This document shows positions 19,454-27,855 of a stretch of 64,000 nt of DNA, piece by piece. The DNA lies in contig CBDFLE010000005.1 in assembly GCA_965248925.1 (NCBI GenBank), forward strand, positions 480,001-544,000, given 5' to 3'. Each line of letters opens with the position of its first letter. The first letter of the stretch is position 1. Origin of the DNA: Candidatus Multivoradales bacterium (GTDB lineage Bacteria; Acidobacteriota; Thermoanaerobaculia; Multivoradales; J023). The notes under the pieces were generated by a model. That model was given only the letters and a program-made list of their open reading frames with translations. It was not told where the DNA came from and did not search any database. The position numbers and the translations under genes were made by a program.

Positions 19454-19891
19454 ATGTCGTCACGCTCGCTCGCTGGAGTCCTCATTCTGCTTCTTTTCGC
19501 CGCGCCGCTCGGTGCGTCGGTGTGCGGTGGATGTGGTCCCGAGCACTGTCAGATGGCTGGCATGGCTGGCATGGTTGGGGCGTCAGGGATCAGCGAGCCA
19601 GCAGCTGGGGATCACTGTCCGGCTGCCGGAGATGCCGCTGAGCAGGCAGCTCCTTGCGTCTCTCTGGGGTCGGTAAGAGTTGTTGCCGGCTGCTGCGTGG
19701 TTGAGGCGGCTCGAGAATCAGAGAGTAGCTCCACAGCAGTTGTTTCGACCTCTCTTGACTCCGTTTTCGAGCTTGCTCTAGCGATTGATGCTCGGGTCCT
19801 CGGGCCTCTCTTCGCCGCGAGCCGGCTGGAGGCCCCGCCGCGCCTGGCCCTCCAGCCCCTTTACACCCTGTACAGTTCCCTGCTGATTTGA
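19454..19891 (+). CDS. Secreted Cys/Met/His-rich leader protein with a C-terminal PP motif (DUF2946/HYC_CC_PP-like)
   Basis: Signal peptide MSSRSLAGVLILLLFAAPLGA; CGGC..HC.MAGMAGM, HC and CC motifs; ends EAPPRLALQPLYTLYSSLLI. First gene of the cus-like operon. Confidence 0.75.
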   Translation: MSSRSLAGVLILLLFAAPLGASVCGGCGPEHCQMAGMAGMVGASGISEPAAGDHCPAAGDAAEQAAPCVSLGSVRVVAGCCVVEAARESESSSTAVVSTSLDSVFELALAIDARVLGPLFAASRLEAPPRLALQPLYTLYSSLLI

Positions 19892-19959
19892 TTCACCTTT
19901 CGGCGTAGTGCGTTCCGCGTCTTTCGACGCGTGATCACCCCTACTCGGAAGGAGAATCA
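19889..19959 (+). promoter_or_regulatory. Stem-loop sequestering the SD and start of the TolC-family gene
   Basis: UGAUUC-A-CCUUUCGG-C-GUAG (19889-19908) pairs with CUAC-UCGGAAGG-A-GAAUCA (19941-19959). Inner hairpin CGCGUC[UUUC]GACGCG. Confidence 0.7.
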
Positions 19960-21350
19960 TGTTGCTCAAGGAGTTTGTGCCTTTACTGGTCGCGTACCAG
20001 GTTTTCGGGTTCGGCGTTCCTAGTATGGCGCCAGCGGAGTTGCCCTCGCAGCTTGCCGGTGAGGGGTTGGTGGCCGAGGGTGGACTGCTGCTCGGCGGCC
20101 CGACGGGCGCTTTGATCGCCGGCCAAGAATCCGCCGCGCTGCGGCAGGTGGGGAAGGAAGTGTTAGCCCGCCACCCTGGGATTGCTCGTGCGCGGCGGCA
20201 GGCCGCGGCAGCTGCCGCGCGGGCGCCACAGGTGCGTTCCTTGCCCGATCCGGTGGCGGCCCTGACTCTCTTTGCGCTGCCGCCTGAGACTCGGGTTGGC
20301 CCGCAGCGGCTGAGCGCATCGATTCGGCAGAGATTCCCCTGGTTCGGCAAGCTGGCCCTCAAGGAACAAGCAGCCCTCTACGATGCGGCGGCTGTCGCAG
20401 CCAAGGTAGAGGTATTGCGGCTCGATGTGCTCACTGAAGTGCGGCGGCTGGTGCTTGAGTTGAGCTTTCTCGACTCCCACCAGGCGATTGTCGGTGGGGA
20501 GCGCGGCACTCTGGTGCGGTTTGAGCAGGCGGCTCAGGCGCGCTACTCGGCGGGCACCGGATTGCAGCAGGAGAGCGTGCGCATCCAGGCGCAGATCACC
20601 CGTACAGACACTCGCTTGTTGAACATCGCCGAGCGCCGAGCTTCGCTGCTGGCCACGCTCAATGCCCTGCGCGATCGGCCGGCGGATCAGGGGGTGGCAG
20701 GGGTGCAACCGCCGGTCCCAAGCCAGCCGCTCTTCGATCGCCAAGAATTGGGCCGAGAAGCCCGCTCGCGGCGACCCGAAATGGCGGTAGCGATCGCTGA
20801 AGTTGCCGCGGCAGCAACTCGAGTGGAGCTGGCCGAAAAGAGCTTCCATCCCGATTTCACTCTCGGTTTCTCTTACACGGCAGTGGGCAAACGCCGCGAT
20901 GCAGCGGGCCGCGCGACTCCACCCTCGGGCAACGGTGACGACATTCTCGCCCTTACCGGCTCTCTCAACCTGCCGGTGTGGCGGCGCAAGTTGGTGGCCG
21001 GGGTCGAAGAAGCCCAGGCCAACCATTGGGCGGCGCAAGAGAAGAAGCGCGAAGTCCTCGCCGGTATCGAGCGCTCGATCGGCGATCTCACCGCCCGCAT
21101 GCCGTTGCTTTTCGAGCATTGGCGGCTGCTCGATACGGTGCTGCGAGTTCAAGCACGGGAGGCGTTGCGCTCGGCCGAAACCGCTTACAGCACGGGCAAG
21201 CTGAACGCGGTAGATCTGCTCGATGCTGAGGTCGTGCTCTTCGATGTCCGCATCGCCACGGCTCGTACTCGCACCGATCTCGCCATAGCTCAAGCCGAAT
21301 TAGAGCGCGCAGTTGCTCACTCGCTGCTACCTGTCCAGGAGGGTCTATAG
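19959..21350 (+). CDS. TolC-family outer membrane efflux protein (CusC-like)
   Basis: SLPDP...QRFPWFGKL, ARYSAG, PDFTLG, LNLPVW, AYSTGK...DLLDAE. SD AAGGAG; precedes MFP and RND genes. Confidence 0.9.
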   Translation: MLLKEFVPLLVAYQVFGFGVPSMAPAELPSQLAGEGLVAEGGLLLGGPTGALIAGQESAALRQVGKEVLARHPGIARARRQAAAAAARAPQVRSLPDPVAALTLFALPPETRVGPQRLSASIRQRFPWFGKLALKEQAALYDAAAVAAKVEVLRLDVLTEVRRLVLELSFLDSHQAIVGGERGTLVRFEQAAQARYSAGTGLQQESVRIQAQITRTDTRLLNIAERRASLLATLNALRDRPADQGVAGVQPPVPSQPLFDRQELGREARSRRPEMAVAIAEVAAAATRVELAEKSFHPDFTLGFSYTAVGKRRDAAGRATPPSGNGDDILALTGSLNLPVWRRKLVAGVEEAQANHWAAQEKKREVLAGIERSIGDLTARMPLLFEHWRLLDTVLRVQAREALRSAETAYSTGKLNAVDLLDAEVVLFDVRIATARTRTDLAIAQAELERAVAHSLLPVQEGL

Positions 21351-21351
21351 C

Positions 21352-22809
21352 ATGTCCGATGAGAATGTTGGCAAGATGAGTCCACGAAGCGTGATGTTTC
21401 TGGCCGTTGCCCTCATCGCCGGGGTGCTGCTGGCGCAGTTGCTGCCACCCGACCTCTTGGGCTTGCGGCACCGATCCACTTCTGTGAGCGGTGAACCCGA
21501 GGTTGCGGTCGATGGCCAGCTGTGGACCTGTGGCATGCACCCGCACGTGATCGAGCACGAGTCGGGGCAGTGTCCGATTTGCGGTATGAACCTGGTGCCC
21601 ATGCGAGGTCTGGATGGCGCCGAGCCCATCCCCGATCAAGTGGCGCAGCCGGAACTGCTCTTCTACCGCAATCCGATGGACCCATCCATCACCTCGCCGG
21701 TGCCGGCCCAGGACAGCATGGGGATGGCCTATGTGCCGGTCTACAGCGATCCCGGGGCTGTTCCAGGGGCTGCTCTAGGTGCTGGATCGGGAGCGACAGT
21801 GCGTATTGACCCGGCGGTGGTGCAGAACATGAATGTCCGCACCGAGATCGTCGAGCGTCGCGACCTCACCCAGCCGATCCGCACCGTCGGCTACCTGGAG
21901 TACGACCAGCAACGGATGGTCACGGTGACCACCAAGTACTCGGGTTGGGTCGAGAAGGTCTACGTCAACTACGTCGGCGAGAAGGTGCGCCGCGGCCAGC
22001 CCCTGTTCGAGGTCTACTCCCCCGAGCTGGTGCAGACCGAGCAGGAGCTGCTGTCGGCGTTGGAATTCGCCCGCCAGCTGGCCGACGCGCCGGAGGATGC
22101 GCGCGCGCGTGCCGAGTCGCTGGTCGATTCGGCACGCACCCGGCTCGGCTATTGGGATATCTCACCGCGGCAGATCGCCGTCCTGGAGGAAACCGGTGAG
22201 GTCTTCCGCACCCTCAAGGTGGCGGCCAAGTCCGGCGGCTTGGTGATGAAGCGGATGGCCGGCCTGGAAGGCATGGCGATCAAGCCGGGGATGAAGATCT
22301 TCCACATTGCCGACCTGTCGAGCTTGTGGATCTCGGCGGAGCTTTTCGAAGACCAGGTCGCTTGGGTGCGGGAAGGCACCCCCGCCGAGATCGCCCTGGC
22401 CTATTTCCCCGGCAAAAATTTCACCGGCAAGGTGCGTTTCCTCGAGCCCGAGTTGTCGGAGAAGACCCGCACCATGCGGGCCAAGATCGAAGTGCCCAAC
22501 CCCGGCGGCCGGCTGCGCAAGGGGATGTTCGCGACGGTGGAGTTTCAACCGGTGATCGTTCGCGATGCGGTGGCGGTGCCGGCGCAGGCGGTGCTGCGCA
22601 CCGGGCTGCGCAACGTGGTGGTGGTCGCTCTCGGCGAGGGGCGTTTCGTGCCGCGGGAGGTCATCATTGGTCACGAGGCCGAAGGCTATGCCCAGATCCT
22701 CAACGGTCTCGAAGCGGGAGTGGAGGTGGTCACCTCGGCCCAGTTCCTGCTCGATTCCGAATCCAAGCTGCGGGAAGCGATCCAGAAGATGATCGCCGGT
22801 CGTTCGTAG
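21352..22809 (+). CDS. cusB: CusB-type RND periplasmic adaptor with two heavy-metal-binding modules
   Basis: WTCGMHP...CPICGMNLVP and YRNPMDP..SPVP..DSMGM.YVPVY modules; YSPEL..EQE, IADLS.LW, FLLDSES.L. Confidence 0.9.
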   Translation: MSDENVGKMSPRSVMFLAVALIAGVLLAQLLPPDLLGLRHRSTSVSGEPEVAVDGQLWTCGMHPHVIEHESGQCPICGMNLVPMRGLDGAEPIPDQVAQPELLFYRNPMDPSITSPVPAQDSMGMAYVPVYSDPGAVPGAALGAGSGATVRIDPAVVQNMNVRTEIVERRDLTQPIRTVGYLEYDQQRMVTVTTKYSGWVEKVYVNYVGEKVRRGQPLFEVYSPELVQTEQELLSALEFARQLADAPEDARARAESLVDSARTRLGYWDISPRQIAVLEETGEVFRTLKVAAKSGGLVMKRMAGLEGMAIKPGMKIFHIADLSSLWISAELFEDQVAWVREGTPAEIALAYFPGKNFTGKVRFLEPELSEKTRTMRAKIEVPNPGGRLRKGMFATVEFQPVIVRDAVAVPAQAVLRTGLRNVVVVALGEGRFVPREVIIGHEAEGYAQILNGLEAGVEVVTSAQFLLDSESKLREAIQKMIAGRS

Positions 22810-22819
22810 GGGACAAGCA

Positions 22820-25800
22820 ATGCTCAACCGTGTCATCGAGTGGTCTCTCAAGAATCAGCTGCTGGTTCTGGTGGCCCTGCTGTTGGCCGTCCTTGGCGGT
22901 GTCTGGTCGATCAGCGAGACCCGCGTCGACGCCATTCCTGATCTGTCCGATGTGCAGGTGATCATCTACACTGAGTTCCCCGGGCAGGCTCCACAGGTGA
23001 TCGAGGATCAGGTCACCTACCCGCTGACCTCTAAAATGCTGGCAGTACCTTTCGCCAAGGTGGTGCGCGGCTACTCCTTCTTCGGCTTCTCGTTTGTCTA
23101 CGTGATCTTCGAAGACGGCACCGATCTCTACTGGGCGCGCTCGCGAGTGCTCGAATACCTCTCGGCGCTGGCCGGCAAGTTGCCGCCGGGAGTGACGCCG
23201 CAACTCGGCCCCGATGCCACCGGGGTTGGCTGGGCCTTCATGTACGTGCTCAACTCGCCGCAGCGTTCGCTGGCCGAACTCCGCAGCTATCAGGATTGGT
23301 ACCTGCAATATGGCTTGTCGTCGGTGGAGGGAGTTTCGGAAGTGGCGTCGATCGGTGGATTTGTGCGCCAATACCAAGTAGAGGTCGACCCGGTGCGGCT
23401 GCGCGCCTACAGCATGCCGCTGAAGAGGATCAAGCGAGCTATTCAACAGTCCAACATCGACGTCGGTGGTCGTCTTTTGGAGATCGCCGAGCGCGAATAC
23501 ATGGTCCGCGGCAGGGGCTATATCAAGGGTGTGGAGGATCTCGAGAATATTGTGCTGTCGGTGGGTCCAGGTGGCGTGCCGGTGCTGCTCAAGGATGTCG
23601 CTCGGGTGGTCATTGGCCCGGACGTTCGCCGCGGTCTGGCGGATTGGAACGGCGAAGGGGAGACGGTGGGCGGCATCGTCGTGGTGCGCTCCGGCGCCGA
23701 CACCCGCACCACCATTCAGCGGGTCAAGGAGAAGCTCGAGGAGCTCAAGGCCGGGCTGCCGGACGATGTCGAGATCGAGGTGGCCTACGACCGCAGTGGC
23801 CTGATCGAGCGTTCCATCGCCACCCTCATCGATACTTTGATCGAAGAGCTGGTGGTGGTCTCATTGATCTGCATCCTCTTCCTCTTCCACTTCCGTTCCG
23901 CTTTCGTCGCCATCGTCTCGATTCCGCTGTCGATCTTGCTGGCTTTTATTCTGATGCGCTGGCAGGGGCTGGGGGCCAACATCATGTCCTTGGGGGGGAT
24001 CGCCATCTCGATCGGGGTGTTGGTCGACGCCGCCATCATCATGGTGGAGAACGCCCACAAGCATTACGAGGAGTGGCAGGGCAAGCGATCTCACTTCGAG
24101 ATTATCTTGCGTTCGGCGCAGGAGGTCGGGCCGACCCTCTTCTTCACCTTGCTGGTGATCACCGTCTCCTTCATGCCGGTGTTCACCTTGCAAGCTCAGG
24201 AGGGCAGACTGTTCAGTCCTCTGGCCTTCACCAAGACTTTTGCCATGGGCATGTCGGCGATCTTGGCGGTGACCGTGGTGCCGGTACTGATGTATTGGTT
24301 TGTGCGCGGCAAGATCCACGGCGAAGCCAAGCATCCGGTATCGCGGCTGCTGCGCTTTCTCTACACCCCGGTCTTGCATCTGGCGTTGCGTTGGCGCTGG
24401 CAGGTGATCATCGCCATGGCGGTGATTCTGGCGGTGACGGTGATTCCTCTGCGGCGCATCGGCTCGGAGTTCATGCCGCCGCTATGGGAAGGAGACCTGC
24501 TCTACATGCCGACCACCTTCCCCGGTCTGTCGATCACCAAGGCGAAGGAGATCTTGCAGCAGACCGACAAGATCATCCGCACTTTCCCGGAGGTGGAATC
24601 GGTCTTCGGCAAGGTTGGCCGGGCCGAGACCGCCACCGATCCGGCGCCCCTATCGATGATCGAGACCACCATCGTGCTCAAAGATCCGAGCGAGTGGCGG
24701 CCGGGGCTGACCCGCGATGAGCTGATCGCCGAGCTCGATAGAGCGGTGCAGATTCCGGGTCTCACCAACGCCTGGACGATGCCGATCAAGACCCGTATCG
24801 ACATGCTTTCCACCGGCATCAAGACACCGGTGGGGATCAAGATCGGTGGCCCGGACCTGCGCACCTTGGAAGGCATCGCCAAGCGGGTCGAAGCGGTGGT
24901 CAAGCCCTTGCCCGGCACCCTCTCGGCCTATGCCGAAAGGGTCATGGGTGGCAGCTACTTGGACTTCGACATCGACCGCCAAGCGGCCGCCCGTTTCGGC
25001 CTCAATGTCGGCGATGTTCAAGATGTCATCCGCTCCGCCGTCGGCGGCATGAACGTCTCCTGGACGGTCGAAGGGCTGGAGCGCTATCCGATCAACGTGC
25101 GCTACCCGCGGGAGCTGCGCGACAGCCCGGCGGCCCTCGGTGAGATCCTGGTGGCAACTCCGGCGGGAGGGCAAGTGCCGCTCAAGCAGCTCGCCAAGCT
25201 CGAGCTGCGCGATGGGCCGCCGGGCATCAAGTCCGAGGGTGCCCGCCCCAACGCCTGGATCTATGTCGACCTGCGGGGTGTCGATGTCGGCTCGTGGGTC
25301 GAGCGGGCCAAGGAGGAGGTGGCTGCCCAGGTGGAGATACCGCCCGGCTACACCATCTTCTGGTCGGGTCAGTACGAGTACATGCAGCGGGCCAAGGCTC
25401 GGCTGCTGCTCATCGTGCCGATCACTCTCTTGCTGATCTTCCTGATCCTCTACTTCCACACCCAGTCGGTCATCAAGACCGCCATCGTCTTGTCGGCGAT
25501 CCCCTTCTCCTTGGTGGGCTCGGTCTGGCTGATGGATTTCTTGGGTTACAACTGGTCGGTGGCAGTGATCGTCGGCCTGATCGCCCTGGCCGGGCTGGCG
25601 GCCGAGACCGGAGTGGTGATGCTGCTCTACCTCGATATCGCCTACGACCGCTGGCAGGAGCAGGGCCGCATGCTCAGCTTCTCGCATCTGCGTGAGGCGG
25701 TCGATCACGGCGCCGTGCAGCGCATCCGGCCGAAGATGATGACTGTCGCCGCCACCTTCTTCTCCCTGGTACCGATCCTCTGGGCCACCGGCACCGGCTC

Positions 25801-25981
25801 CGACGTCATGCGGCGTATCGCCGCGCCGATGGTCGGCGGGGTCTTCACCTCCTTCCTGGCGGAGTTGGTGGTGTTTCCGGCCATCTACTTCATCTGGCGC
25901 GGAGTCGGCCTGCAAAGAACGGCCCTTTTCGCCACTGTCGAGCGGTTGCAACCGACCGCAGAACCAGGAGATAGCCAATGA
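22820..25981 (+). CDS. cusA: CusA-type Cu/Ag RND efflux pump
   Basis: DAIPDLSDVQVI, EDQVTYPL, LGPDATGVGW, NIMSLGGIAI, GSEFMPPL.EG, AWTMPIKTRIDML, RIRPKMMT. Confidence 0.95.
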   Translation: MLNRVIEWSLKNQLLVLVALLLAVLGGVWSISETRVDAIPDLSDVQVIIYTEFPGQAPQVIEDQVTYPLTSKMLAVPFAKVVRGYSFFGFSFVYVIFEDGTDLYWARSRVLEYLSALAGKLPPGVTPQLGPDATGVGWAFMYVLNSPQRSLAELRSYQDWYLQYGLSSVEGVSEVASIGGFVRQYQVEVDPVRLRAYSMPLKRIKRAIQQSNIDVGGRLLEIAEREYMVRGRGYIKGVEDLENIVLSVGPGGVPVLLKDVARVVIGPDVRRGLADWNGEGETVGGIVVVRSGADTRTTIQRVKEKLEELKAGLPDDVEIEVAYDRSGLIERSIATLIDTLIEELVVVSLICILFLFHFRSAFVAIVSIPLSILLAFILMRWQGLGANIMSLGGIAISIGVLVDAAIIMVENAHKHYEEWQGKRSHFEIILRSAQEVGPTLFFTLLVITVSFMPVFTLQAQEGRLFSPLAFTKTFAMGMSAILAVTVVPVLMYWFVRGKIHGEAKHPVSRLLRFLYTPVLHLALRWRWQVIIAMAVILAVTVIPLRRIGSEFMPPLWEGDLLYMPTTFPGLSITKAKEILQQTDKIIRTFPEVESVFGKVGRAETATDPAPLSMIETTIVLKDPSEWRPGLTRDELIAELDRAVQIPGLTNAWTMPIKTRIDMLSTGIKTPVGIKIGGPDLRTLEGIAKRVEAVVKPLPGTLSAYAERVMGGSYLDFDIDRQAAARFGLNVGDVQDVIRSAVGGMNVSWTVEGLERYPINVRYPRELRDSPAALGEILVATPAGGQVPLKQLAKLELRDGPPGIKSEGARPNAWIYVDLRGVDVGSWVERAKEEVAAQVEIPPGYTIFWSGQYEYMQRAKARLLLIVPITLLLIFLILYFHTQSVIKTAIVLSAIPFSLVGSVWLMDFLGYNWSVAVIVGLIALAGLAAETGVVMLLYLDIAYDRWQEQGRMLSFSHLREAVDHGAVQRIRPKMMTVAATFFSLVPILWATGTGSDVMRRIAAPMVGGVFTSFLAELVVFPAIYFIWRGVGLQRTALFATVERLQPTAEPGDSQ

Positions 25982-27237
25982 TCGAGATCCTCTTTGACAC
26001 TGACCCGACCCGCGGAGACCTCAGCCGCGCTGGCTTCACCTTGTTGGCGTTCACCCTGATGCTCGCCGCTTGCTCAGTGCAGCCCGGTTCGCAACCCCAG
26101 GACCCGGACGCGCCCGCGGTGGCGCGTAGCGGAATTCGTTTCATCGACCCGCCGTCGGGTTCCGGGGCGATGGCGCCCAGCCTGACCACGGGCCAAGACG
26201 GCGCCCTGCTGAGCTGGCTCGAGCCGACGGCCAGCGGCCACACTCTGTACTTCGCTGAATTTGCAGGTGAGAGCTGGTCGGCGCCGCTGCAAATTGCCTC
26301 CGGCGAAGCATTCTTTGCCAATTGGGCAGACTTGCCGCAGCTGGTGGTGTCCGCCGAGGGCACCCACTTTGCCCACTGGTTGCAGAAGTTGGGCGAGGAC
26401 ACTTATGCCTACGGCGCTTCCTTGGCGCGCTCGCGAGACGGCGGTGAGAGCTGGCAGCAGCTTGGCCTGCTGCACGACGACGCCACCCCGGCCGAGCACG
26501 GCTTCGTCTCGTACGCGCCGCTGGCCAGTGGTGGAGTGCAGGCATTCTGGCTCGATGGCCGGCTGATGCCCGGCGGCGGCGATATGCAGCTGCGCACCAG
26601 CTGGCTCGGCGAGGGCGCGGTCGAGGCCAGCACCCTGCTCGATGATCGGGTGTGCGAATGCTGCGCCACCGACGCGGCGACCACCAGCGCCGGTCCGGTG
26701 GTGGTTTACCGCGATCGTAGTTCGACGGAGATTCGCGATATCGCCCTCATTCGCGCAACCAGTGACGGCTGGAGCAAGCCTGTGGTGATCCATCAAGACG
26801 GGTGGCAGATTCAAGGCTGCCCGGTGAACGGTCCGGCGATTGCGGCCCAGGGCAATCGGGTCGCGGTTGCGTGGTTTTCCGCCGCGGGCGAACAGCCGAC
26901 GGTCAAACTGGCGTTTTCAAGCGATGCTGGAGCCCACTTTGCGGCGCCGATCTCGGTGGATGACACCAAGCCAATGGGGCGAGTCGACGTGATTCTCGAT
27001 CAGCGCGGGCTGGCGGTTGTTAGCTGGATGGGCCCAACAAGTGGTGGCGCGGAGATTCGCTGGCGCCAGATTGCTATCGACGGCGAGCGCGGTGCCGTGC
27101 AGATTGTTGCCGCGACCACGGCTGCGCGTTCGGCCGGCGTATCGAAGATGGCGCCCTGGGGCGATGGAATGCTCTTCGCTTGGGTCGAAGACGGCAAGCC
27201 CAGTCGCCTACGGACTGGCCTCGTCGGGTTGCGGTAG
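25978..27237 (+). CDS. Lipoprotein with a BNR/sialidase-like beta-propeller, copper-cluster associated
   Basis: LAA-C lipobox; Asp-boxes SRDGGESW and SSDAGAHF; CECC and GCPVNGP motifs; ATGA-coupled to cusA. Confidence 0.75.
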   Translation: MIEILFDTDPTRGDLSRAGFTLLAFTLMLAACSVQPGSQPQDPDAPAVARSGIRFIDPPSGSGAMAPSLTTGQDGALLSWLEPTASGHTLYFAEFAGESWSAPLQIASGEAFFANWADLPQLVVSAEGTHFAHWLQKLGEDTYAYGASLARSRDGGESWQQLGLLHDDATPAEHGFVSYAPLASGGVQAFWLDGRLMPGGGDMQLRTSWLGEGAVEASTLLDDRVCECCATDAATTSAGPVVVYRDRSSTEIRDIALIRATSDGWSKPVVIHQDGWQIQGCPVNGPAIAAQGNRVAVAWFSAAGEQPTVKLAFSSDAGAHFAAPISVDDTKPMGRVDVILDQRGLAVVSWMGPTSGGAEIRWRQIAIDGERGAVQIVAATTAARSAGVSKMAPWGDGMLFAWVEDGKPSRLRTGLVGLR

Positions 27238-27404
27238 GAGTTCCTGGAGGAGTCGAAGTCGGGGTGGGTCATCGAGAGCTGCTTTGCTTTCCGGTTTACC
27301 TGGTAAGGGATATTCGAGGTACCTGCCCGTGAGCCTCAGCGTGGGGTACAGCGAGACCCTGGAACCCGTTTCGAGAGAAGATATCTAGGTGCAACGTACT
27401 CTCC

Positions 27405-27660
27405 TCAGCTGGCTGCAGGGAGGACCCGGAGTCCGAGTTCGGCAGCGCAGTTCCGGACTTGCTGGTCGAGGGTCGGGAGGTAGGTTTCGGGGTTCGTTGT
27501 CGCGGTGTGAAGAACGCTGCGAGGTGGAGGGCGTCGAGCGAGCGGATCGGCGGTCCTGGAAACGACTGCCGCGCCCGTTCGACAATCGGGTCGCTGAAGG
27601 GGAGCAGAATCCAGCTCTCGGCCAACCGCCCGAGTTCAGTGCAAAGATCGGCGAAGCAGT
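27405..27660 (-). pseudogene. VapC/PIN toxin C-terminal remnant (frameshifted)
   Basis: IVERARQSFPGPPIRSLDALHLA, then in another frame TLDQQVRNCAAELGLRVLP*. The N-terminal half is missing. Confidence 0.75.
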
Positions 27661-27689
27661 GCGGCGATAGATCACCGAGGCTGTGGGCG

Positions 27690-27819
27690 CGGTGGAAGGC
27701 GCGCTCAAATCGGCTACAACCTTGCCGTGGGAAGAGACTCGGATCCTTGCACCGGCTCGGACACGGCGAATGTACTCACTGAAGTGGCTCTTCAGCTTGC
27801 GAATGCCGACGGTGTCCTT
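27690..27819 (-). pseudogene. Phd/YefM antitoxin remnant
   Basis: Manual translation gives (K)DTVGIRKLKSHFSEYIRRVRAGARIRVSSHGKVVADLSAP. AAG sits where the start ATG is expected, and there is no other in-frame start. Confidence 0.75.
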
Positions 27820-27855
27820 CGGCTCAAGTGCAACCTCATGTAGTCACGAAGTCAA

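Noticed and set aside
23296-25978. Long alternative-frame and antisense ORFs (e.g. 23296-24720 +, 24650-25978 -, 4880-6235 -, 39614-40846 -)
   Set aside because: They overlap well-supported genes, have no motifs, and are expected shadows of high-GC3 codon usage.
27238-27400. Possible C-terminal fragment of another gene (YLEYPLPGKPES on the minus strand)
   Set aside because: Too short to assign without a search.
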